From the NCBI GenBank assembly GCA_040752415.1, contig JBFMGU010000290.1:1-12932 (forward strand): DNA of 12,932 nt, in the 5' to 3' direction. The notes under the pieces are model-generated. The model saw only the letters and a list, made by a program, of their open reading frames with translations, was not told the DNA's origin and made no database searches. The DNA is from Myxococcota bacterium. GTDB lineage: Bacteria; Myxococcota; JACRCW01. The position numbers were made by a program, and so were the translations under genes. Of this stretch, positions 1 through 6,566 are shown piece by piece (position 1 is the stretch's first letter; each line of letters opens with the position of its first letter).

Positions 1-145
1 GTCCCTCGCCGCCCGCACGCCTCTTCCAGGGTAGTCCTGCGAATCGACACCGCCGCGAGAGGTGAGCAGGACTTGTCGTTTTGTTGCCTGCCAATCTCAT
101 TGGCAGGGAGTCCAGGGTGTCGTCCCAAAAGAGCCGCGCCCGACG

Positions 146-180
146 GATTTCGCGAGATAATCAGGTTATCCGGGTGGATA
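146..180. promoter_or_regulatory. Tandem palindromic boxes, putative enhancer (UAS) for a sigma54 activator, possibly RtcR-like
   Basis: TATCC-GGGT-GGATA at 167-180 has perfect inverted arms. A degenerate copy, GATT-TCGCGA-GATA, lies at 146-159, 21 bp (two helical turns) upstream. Both are ~55-90 bp upstream of the -24 element. Assignment to RtcR is inference from the Y RNA/sigma54 context. Confidence 0.5.
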
Positions 181-231
181 GGGCGGGTGGAGCGCGGGGC
201 CGCAAGTCCCTGGAACGCCGCGCCGCCAGCG

Positions 232-248
232 TTGGCCCGCCATCTGCA
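232..248 (+). promoter_or_regulatory. sigma54 (RpoN) -24/-12 promoter
   Basis: TTGGCCCGCCATCTGCA: GG(234-235)-N10-GC(246-247), close to the consensus TGGCACG-N4-TTGCW. The predicted +1 is ~259, within 3 nt of the first paired base of the Y RNA (262). Confidence 0.75.
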
Positions 249-261
249 ATGCCCCAGGCCC

Positions 262-390
262 GCAACGAATGCGGTGAGGACTACATTATCGACGACGTCA
301 CGGGTTCAAGTCCCGTCGGGTCCATGTGTCCCGGGCCCGTAGCTCAGTTGGTAGAGCACGCGAACACGTCTTCACGATCCTTGTCGTTGC
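262..390 (+). ncRNA. yrlA: YrlA-type bacterial Y RNA (permuted tRNA mimic)
   Basis: Terminal stem GCAACGA(262-268)/TCGTTGC(384-390); CGAATG near the 5' end and CTTGTCG near the 3' end; inner helix GTGAGGAC(274-281)/GTCTTCAC(368-375); variable-loop-like ACGTC (295-299); T-arm ACGGG-TTCAAGT-CCCGT (300-316); acceptor-like stem CGGGTCC(317-323)/GGGCCCG(333-339) closed by a 9-nt loop; TA then D-arm GCTC-AGTTGGTA-GAGC (342-357). The order T-arm, closed acceptor stem, D-arm is the defining YrlA architecture. Confidence 0.88.
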
Positions 391-420
391 ACCACTGTGG
401 CGCGTGGTACGCCGTGGACC

Positions 421-876
421 ATGGCGTCCACGCCCTTCCTCCAACCCGCCACGGCCCAGGACCTCCCGCTCCTGCTGGAGCTGAGTCGGGAGCTGAACAC
501 GCTGGAGCACATCCCATTCAACCCCGACGAGATGCGCCCCCTCTTGCGGCAGCTCCTCGCCGACGCCAACGTGGGACGCTTGTGGCTCCTCCGCGTCGAC
601 GACGAGACGGCGGGCTACGCCATGCTCACCTTCGGCTTTGACCTGGAGTACCGCGGCCGCGACGCGTTCATCACCGAGCTGTTCATCCGCCCACCCTTCC
701 GGGGACGCGGACTGGGCACGCAGGCCCTCACGCTCGTGCTCGACGCCGCGCGGAACCTGGGGCTCAGCGCCGTCCACCTCGAGGTCCGACCGGAGAACGG
801 GAGCGCGGTCCGCCTCTACCGCAACCTGGGTTTCAAGGCGCACGAGCGCATCACCATGACGCGGTGGCTCACCTGA
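421..876 (+). CDS. GNAT family N-acetyltransferase
   Basis: Acetyl-CoA-binding motif A 'ELFIRPPFRGRGLGTQAL' and C-terminal 'LEVRPENGSAVRLYRNLGF'. ATG 421 is preferred over GTG 397, which abuts the Y RNA 3' end. Confidence 0.9.
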   Translation: MASTPFLQPATAQDLPLLLELSRELNTLEHIPFNPDEMRPLLRQLLADANVGRLWLLRVDDETAGYAMLTFGFDLEYRGRDAFITELFIRPPFRGRGLGTQALTLVLDAARNLGLSAVHLEVRPENGSAVRLYRNLGFKAHERITMTRWLT

Positions 877-924
877 CGGACGTGGTGTGGCGGTTTCCGC
901 GCGCGGTGCACTACCGTTGACGCC

Positions 925-1800
925 ATGCCCAACGTCCCCGTCACGCTCAAGAAGGACATCACGCCGTTCCGCAAGATTGCCATTGGCACCTGGCAGGACG
1001 CGTATGACCCGTCCGTCTACGGCACGCTCACCGTCCGCATGGAGAAGGCGCTGCAGTACATCGAGGCGTTCCGCGTGGAGACGGGGCACAAGCTCACGGT
1101 GACCCACCTGGTCACCAAGGCCGTGGCCACCGCGCTCAAGGAGACCCCCGACGCCAACGCCATGCTGCGCTTCAACAAGATCTACCTGCGCAACCAGGTG
1201 GACATCGGTCTGCAGGTGGTGATGGTCGACGACGAGACCGGCAAGGTGGACCTCTCCGCCGCCAAGATCGAGAACGCGGACCAGAAGAGCCTCAAGCAGA
1301 TTGTCGACGAGCTGGAGGCCAAGGCGCGCCGCATCCGGGAGCGCAAGGACCCCAGCCTGGAGAAGACGCGCCAGTCCATGGGCCTCATCCCGTTCATGTT
1401 CATGAACCGCTTCGTGAAGCTGCTGAGCTTCCTGCTCTATGAGCTCAACCTGGACCTCACGTTCCTGGGGCTGCCGCGGGACCCCTTTGGCAGCGCGTTC
1501 GTCACCAGCATTGGATCCCTGGGCCTAAGCATGGCCTATGTGCCACTGGTCCCCTACGCGCACGTCCCCATCCTGGTGGCGCCCGGCGCCGTGCTGGACA
1601 CGCCTGTCGTCGAGGATGGCAAGGTGGTGCCCGGCAAGATCATGCACGTCAGCGCCACGTTTGATCACCGCTTCATTGACGGGTTCCACGCCTCCCGCCT
1701 GGCCAAGACGCTGCGCACCATGATCGAGGACCCGTTCCGTCACTTTGACCCGCTCTCACCGCAGGCCGTGTCCGCCGCGGCCAGCAACGCCAGCGCGTGA
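925..1800 (+). CDS. 2-oxoacid dehydrogenase acyltransferase (E2) catalytic-domain-only protein
   Basis: N-terminal 'PFRKIAI', 'SAFVTSIGSLG' and the catalytic 'ATFDHRFIDG' (DHRxxDG) motif. At 291 aa it has no lipoyl or E3-binding domain. Confidence 0.88.
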   Translation: MPNVPVTLKKDITPFRKIAIGTWQDAYDPSVYGTLTVRMEKALQYIEAFRVETGHKLTVTHLVTKAVATALKETPDANAMLRFNKIYLRNQVDIGLQVVMVDDETGKVDLSAAKIENADQKSLKQIVDELEAKARRIRERKDPSLEKTRQSMGLIPFMFMNRFVKLLSFLLYELNLDLTFLGLPRDPFGSAFVTSIGSLGLSMAYVPLVPYAHVPILVAPGAVLDTPVVEDGKVVPGKIMHVSATFDHRFIDGFHASRLAKTLRTMIEDPFRHFDPLSPQAVSAAASNASA

Positions 1801-1863
1801 TTTTCCTACCCCGGGGGGCCGCAAATGGTAGGTTGGAAGGGCGTGACGGGAGTGGAGGGACGG

Positions 1864-2712
1864 ATGGCAGGGGATGAAGGGTCCGAGGACAGCAAGCGGG
1901 ACCTGACGCCTGTTGCCGTGACCGCGCTGAGGGCCACCACGCCAGCGCAGATGGTCCAGTCCAGCCCGGAGATCATGGCGTCGCGGTTTGTGGCGGGGCT
2001 GTCTCCGGAGGGCGTTGAGGCGTTGACCACCGGCGCGTCCGCGCAGCGCATGGTGGCGGGTGTCACCGTGGTCACGCCGGGGGCGGTGCCGCCGCGCATG
2101 GGCATCATCATGAAGGGCACCGTGCGCGTGCAGCTGCCCACCAGCGTGGCGCCGCCGCCGCTGCAGAAGGGTGACGTCGTGGGGCTGGAGCGCGTCGTCG
2201 ACCAGCCGGCTTCCGTGGCCCAGGTTGCCGCCGGGGAGGTGGTCATCCTGTGGCTCTCCGACGCGGCGATCATGGAGCGCATCCTCTCCACGCCGTCATT
2301 GCACCACGCGTTGCGTGAGGAAGGCGCCATGCGTGTGCGCTGGGCGGAGCTGCGGGGGACCAGGACGCGCGAGCCCACCCCGGTTTCTCTCGTCGTGGAC
2401 CGTTATGGCGTGTTCGCGCGGATGTACTGCCGGGAGCTCAGTCCCGACGGGATGTTCATTCCCTGCACCTCCGCGCCGCCGGAGGGCGACCCGGTGCACA
2501 TCACGTTCTTCAACGACGCTGGGGAGATCCTCTGCCAGATGCCCGCCGTGGTGGAGCTGCACCGCAACCTGGGCTCCGCCCCCGACGAAGCTGCCCTGGC
2601 CGCCGGCGCGGAGCCGTGTGGCGTTTTCGTGCAGTTCACGGATCACAGCGCGGAGGCGCGCGCGGGAATCCACGCGGTGATCGATTCCGCGCTAAGGTCG
2701 ACGCGACGCTGA
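1864..2712 (+). CDS. Cyclic-nucleotide-binding-like domain plus degenerate PilZ-like domain protein
   Basis: The N-terminal part 'VVTPGAVPPRMGIIMKGTVRV...LQKGDVVGLE' follows the cNMP beta-roll pattern. The C-terminal 'RTREPTPVSLVV...RELSPDGMFI...PPEGDPVHITF...GVFVQF' follows the PilZ pattern. GGAGG precedes ATG 1864; in-frame alternatives are 1843 (GTG) and 1825. Confidence 0.65.
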   Translation: MAGDEGSEDSKRDLTPVAVTALRATTPAQMVQSSPEIMASRFVAGLSPEGVEALTTGASAQRMVAGVTVVTPGAVPPRMGIIMKGTVRVQLPTSVAPPPLQKGDVVGLERVVDQPASVAQVAAGEVVILWLSDAAIMERILSTPSLHHALREEGAMRVRWAELRGTRTREPTPVSLVVDRYGVFARMYCRELSPDGMFIPCTSAPPEGDPVHITFFNDAGEILCQMPAVVELHRNLGSAPDEAALAAGAEPCGVFVQFTDHSAEARAGIHAVIDSALRSTRR

Positions 2713-2721
2713 GCGCGACCC

Positions 2722-5118
2722 ATGCTGATTGCGAACTACTTCCTGCTCCTGGCGGGAGCCCTCTCCGAGCCGGGCCAGGCCATCGACACACTGACGTCGG
2801 CAAACGGCCACGGCGCCGTGGTGTACAGCACCACCGAGCGCAAGGTGACCCGCGCCTACGCCCATCTCTACAAGCAGGCCAACGCCAGCACGCCGGAGGT
2901 CCCCAACCTCGTCTACGACGTGTACGGCGGCATCCGTCGCGGCACCCAGGGCGGCACGTGGCTGGGCGAGTGGACGCTGGGCGACGCGGATTACGACGGA
3001 GACGGCCTGCGCATCCGGGCCAGCCAGCGCGTGGGCGACCTGCAGATCCAGACGCGCGTGACGGCGCCGCTGGGCCTGGCGCGACCGGCGTTCGTGGTCA
3101 CGCTCACGGTGCGCAACCTGGGGCTGGCCACCGTCTCCGACGCGCAGGCAGCGGTGTTGCTGAATTTCCACGTCGGTGGCGGCGCGGAGGGGACGCAGGC
3201 GGAGCGCATTGTCTGGAACACCACGCACAACGCCTTCCTGGAATCCGGCGCCCGTGCCGACGTGGCGTTCATCCCGCTGGATACGCCCCTGCACCACGCC
3301 GCGAGCCCGTCCAACCCCTACACGCCGTGGAAGAACGGCGCCGCCCTCACCGACGTCAATGACAGCAACACGTTTGACGACGCGGTGGCCGCGCTGGACT
3401 GGCAGCTTCCCTCGCTGGCGGCGCAGCAGGAGGTGGTGCGCGGGCTGCTCGTCGTCATGGGGGAGCCCGGGAGCGGCGCCACGTTGCTGCAGGAGGGACG
3501 CGCGTGGTCGCAGCAGCACGCGGACGGGGCGGCGTGGGAGACCGCGTTGACGCAGGAATGGTCGGACGCGGTGTCCATACAACAGCTTCCGCCGGGCCTG
3601 AGTGACGACGAGCGGATGGTGGCGCGGCGTTCCCTGGCGGTGCTGAGGGGCGCGCAGGTGCGGGAGACGGTGATCGGCGCCGGTGGGCCGGGCAACCTGC
3701 CGCACGGACAGATTCCCGCCGCGCTGCCGCCGGGCATCTGGAACATCACGTGGGTGCGGGACCTCACCTACGCGGTGCGCGGGTTGATCGACGTTGGCGA
3801 GATGCAGGCTGCGCGCGACGCCATGGATTTCCTCCTGCGTGGCCCCGCCGGTGATTACGAGGAGTACGTGGGGCGGCCCTATGGGCTTAGCGTGGTGCGC
3901 ACCTACGGCGGTGGCGCGGAGGAGAGTGACCAGGACTCCCGCGGCTACAACATCGAGCTCGACGGATTCGGCCTGCTGCTCACCGAGCTGGCGCGTGAGC
4001 ACGCGCTGAGCGGTTCCTCGTCGCTGGCCACGCAGCGTTACGCGCTGGTGAAGAACGCGGTGGCGGACCCCATCACCGACTGCGTCGACGGGGCCACGGG
4101 CCTGGTGCAGGCGGACAGCTCCATCTGGGAAACCCATTGGACGGACCGTCGACGTTATGCGTACACGTCGCTGACCGCGGCCGCGGGGCTGCGTGATTGG
4201 GCCGACGTGGCGGAGGAGCTGGGGGACCCCGCGGATGCCACGCGCTACCGCAACCGCGCCAACGCCATTGTTGCCGCCATGGAGCAGCATCTCGTCGTCA
4301 ACCAGGTGCTGGTGCAGTCCATGGAGGACCTGGGCAACAACGCGGCGTTCGACGTGTCCGTGATTGAAGCGTTCAACCGCGACGTGCTGGACCCCTCTGG
4401 CGCGGTGGCGAATGCCACGCTGGATGCGCTGAAGGGGGCGCTCACCGTCCCCACCGGCAACGGCCTCCACCGGAATGACGACGGGGGCGACTACGACCGG
4501 GCCGAGTGGATCGTGGTGGACCTGTGGTTCTCCACCGCGCTTCGACGGACGGGACGGGTGGCCGAGGCCGACGCGCTGCTCGCGTGGGTCACCGCGGCGG
4601 GCGTGCGCAGTCGCGGGCTGATTCCGGAGCTGCTGGACCGGGACAACGCGAATGCGGCGGGTGCGTGGCCCATGGTGGGGTTTGGTGCCGGCGCGTACCT
4701 GCACGCGTTGTGGGAGCGCGAGCGGATGCGCCCACGGTCGGATGCGTCCGTCGTCGTGGATGCGGCAATCCCGGTGGATGCGGCGGCGGGCGTGGATGCG
4801 TCTCTGCCGCGGGATGCCGCGGTGCCGCCCGTCGACGCGGCCGTGCCGCGCGATGCGTCCACGTCGGACTCCGCGCTGCCCGATGCCACGGTGGTTCCGG
4901 ACGCGAGTCAGGCGGGGGATGCCTCCGTCCCCGACGCGGCGGTCCGTCCGGACGCGGGACGACGTCGTGATGCCGCTGTCGCCACGTCGGACGCGGGGCG
5001 CACGGACGCGCCGGAGGGCTGCCAGTGCCAGGGCGGTGGGGGCGCGGCTCCGTGGTTGGGGTTCCTTGTCGTCGTGGCGTGGTGGTCGCGGCGGGGGCGT
5101 GCGCGACGTCTTCCGTGA
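2722..5118 (+). CDS. Secreted GH15-like (glucoamylase/six-hairpin) glycoside hydrolase with DA-repeat stalk and MYXO-CTERM-like sorting signal
   Basis: Hydrophobic N-terminus; GH15-type motifs 'WVRD', 'SSIWET' (general acid region) and 'GLIPELLD' (general base region); low-complexity linker; C-terminal 'GCQC...[20 protein letters not shown]'. Confidence 0.78.
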   Translation: MLIANYFLLLAGALSEPGQAIDTLTSANGHGAVVYSTTERKVTRAYAHLYKQANASTPEVPNLVYDVYGGIRRGTQGGTWLGEWTLGDADYDGDGLRIRASQRVGDLQIQTRVTAPLGLARPAFVVTLTVRNLGLATVSDAQAAVLLNFHVGGGAEGTQAERIVWNTTHNAFLESGARADVAFIPLDTPLHHAASPSNPYTPWKNGAALTDVNDSNTFDDAVAALDWQLPSLAAQQEVVRGLLVVMGEPGSGATLLQEGRAWSQQHADGAAWETALTQEWSDAVSIQQLPPGLSDDERMVARRSLAVLRGAQVRETVIGAGGPGNLPHGQIPAALPPGIWNITWVRDLTYAVRGLIDVGEMQAARDAMDFLLRGPAGDYEEYVGRPYGLSVVRTYGGGAEESDQDSRGYNIELDGFGLLLTELAREHALSGSSSLATQRYALVKNAVADPITDCVDGATGLVQADSSIWETHWTDRRRYAYTSLTAAAGLRDWADVAEELGDPADATRYRNRANAIVAAMEQHLVVNQVLVQSMEDLGNNAAFDVSVIEAFNRDVLDPSGAVANATLDALKGALTVPTGNGLHRNDDGGDYDRAEWIVVDLWFSTALRRTGRVAEADALLAWVTAAGVRSRGLIPELLDRDNANAAGAWPMVGFGAGAYLHALWERERMRPRSDASVVVDAAIPVDAAAGVDASLPRDAAVPPVDAAVPRDASTSDSALPDATVVPDASQAGDASVPDAAVRPDAGRRRDAAVATSDAGRTDAPEGCQCQGGGGAAPWLGFLVVVAWWSRRGRARRLP
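4741..5010 (+). repeat. Coding low-complexity Asp-Ala repeat stalk (about 6-aa period, e.g. VDAAIP/PRDAAV/PDASQA)
   Basis: Recurrent GATGC/GACGC codon pairs. The translation is [40 protein letters not shown]... between the catalytic domain and the sorting signal. Confidence 0.8.
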
Positions 5119-5148
5119 GTCAGCGCCCATGACCTACAGTCACGCGCC

Positions 5149-5625
5149 GTGAAGACGAACGCCGTCCGTGAGCTGGAGAAGCTGGGAATCCGCCATGAGC
5201 TCCGCGAGTATGACGTCGACCCGGAGGACCTGAGCGCGGAGGCCGTGGCGCGCAAGGTGGGCCTCCCCGCGGAGCAGGTGTTCAAGACGCTGGTGGCGCG
5301 CGGGGACCGCAACGGCGTGTGCCTGGCCGTGGTTCCCGGCAACGCGGAGCTGGACCCCAAGGCGCTCGCGCGGCTCAGCGGTGACCGCAAGGCGGACGTG
5401 GTGCCGCTGAAGGAAGTGCAGCCGCTCACCGGCTACATCCGCGGCGGCGTCACGGCGCTCGCGTGCAAGAAGAAGTACCCCGTCTATCTCGACGAGACGG
5501 CGGAGCTCTTTGACGTCATCTCCATCTCCGCCGGCGTGCGTGGCACCCAGATCCTGCTCGCACCCGCGGACTACATCCGTGCCGTGAGTGCGGTGGTGGG
5601 GCCGCTGGCGCGGGACAAGACGTGA
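5149..5625 (+). CDS. ybaK: Cys-tRNA(Pro) deacylase, YbaK/EbsC family
   Basis: '[10 protein letters not shown]', 'QVFKTLV' (conserved Lys), 'TGYIRGGVT' and 'ISAGVRG'; 158 aa, GTG start. Confidence 0.93.
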   Translation: MKTNAVRELEKLGIRHELREYDVDPEDLSAEAVARKVGLPAEQVFKTLVARGDRNGVCLAVVPGNAELDPKALARLSGDRKADVVPLKEVQPLTGYIRGGVTALACKKKYPVYLDETAELFDVISISAGVRGTQILLAPADYIRAVSAVVGPLARDKT

Positions 5626-5632
5626 GCCGTCC

Positions 5633-6271
5633 TCACACCACCTGCGCGTTCATCTCCGGCATCACGCCCGCAATCTCGTCGACAACCGGTGCCCGCGGCG
5701 CGGGTCTCAGGGCCAGCCGGTAGCCCAGGCGCTGGTCGCACTCCACCAAGGCGGGGTCCACACCGGCACGCGCCAGATCCTTGCGCAAGCGTGAGGCCAG
5801 GTTGCTGATGACGTGCCGGCTCGACGGAATGCCGTCCTGTTGCGGCAGCAACGCGCCAATCTCCCCCGCGTCCTTCCAACCGCCCTGACCACGCTGCGAC
5901 TCCTCCCACAGGATGCGGAGCAGCTGCGCGGGCCGGCCGCCCAGGGAGAACTCACGTCGAGCCTCCACGCGCACCAGGATCTGCTTGGCCCCATCCGCCT
6001 CCAGGTGCAGGCCCAACCCGCCGCAGTGCGCCAGCTCCACGGGAATCAGCACGTCCCGGTCCACCTCCGCCATCCGGCGCACCGGCATGCCGTCGTCGTC
6101 ACCAAGCTCCTCCGAGCCCAGGTTGTCCACCATGCTTCGCAACTCCTCCGCCACCTCCTCCGCCAGCTTCTCGGCGTGGGTCATGGTGCGGTTGAGCTTG
6201 TCCTGGCGCGAGACAATCCGCTTCATCTTCCTGGCCAGTACCAGACAGCGCAGCTTGAACCCCTTGGACAT
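5633..6271 (-). CDS. Putative transcriptional regulator with C-terminal OmpR/PhoB-type winged helix and no receiver domain
   Basis: 'FSLGGRPAQLLRILWEE...SRHVISNLASRLRKDL...LVECDQRLGYRL' matches the Trans_reg_C pattern. The N-terminus looks helical/coiled-coil. Confidence 0.6.
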   Translation of the reverse strand: MSKGFKLRCLVLARKMKRIVSRQDKLNRTMTHAEKLAEEVAEELRSMVDNLGSEELGDDDGMPVRRMAEVDRDVLIPVELAHCGGLGLHLEADGAKQILVRVEARREFSLGGRPAQLLRILWEESQRGQGGWKDAGEIGALLPQQDGIPSSRHVISNLASRLRKDLARAGVDPALVECDQRLGYRLALRPAPRAPVVDEIAGVMPEMNAQVV

Positions 6272-6566
6272 GTGTGGACCTGTGCATGAACGACGTCACG
6301 CGCGGTGCGGACGCCGGATGGGGGAACCGCGTGAGCGCGGACCCGTGTGGCATCAATCAAGCGCGGGAGTGCGCTCCCACGACGAGAAAGGCTTTAGCTG
6401 GGAGGGAGGGGGAAGCTCGCTTGCGACGCGCGCGGCTTGCATCACCTGCTGGCGTCATGGAGGTGCGCTGCCGTCACCCACGTGGGGCGCGCCCTGATGA
6501 GACCCCTGCAATCGGTGTAACGATGTGGTTTTGGGACCGCCACGAAAATCCGTCGACGTGGAGCGG

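Noticed and set aside
333..394. Ordinary tRNA (Ala-like) gene or tRNA remnant at an integration site
   Set aside because: The T-arm lies upstream of the D-arm, there is no anticodon loop, and both halves are enclosed by a terminal stem, which fits YrlA. No integrase is nearby.
262..394. Two-piece (permuted) tmRNA or permuted tRNA
   Set aside because: It is too short, there is no tag reading frame or pseudoknot region, and the full D-stem and Y RNA stem motifs are present. No anticodon can be reconstituted.
421..876. GNAT toxin of a type II TA pair (TacT/AtaT-like)
   Set aside because: There is no upstream RHH antitoxin ORF and no 'P.x.L.GRLAV'-type toxin signature. It looks like a general small-molecule GNAT.
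2692..5130. 812-aa minus-strand ORF and other long overlapping ORFs (e.g. 8686-9807, 8837-10054, 298-1107)
   Set aside because: These are antisense or off-frame shadows of well-supported genes in high-GC DNA, with Arg/Gly/Pro-rich translations and no recognisable motifs.
6348..6362. sigma54-like TGGCATCAATCAAGC (GG-N10-GC)
   Set aside because: The -12 element is poor (AAGC), and it points toward the 3' end of ndh with no credible + strand gene downstream.
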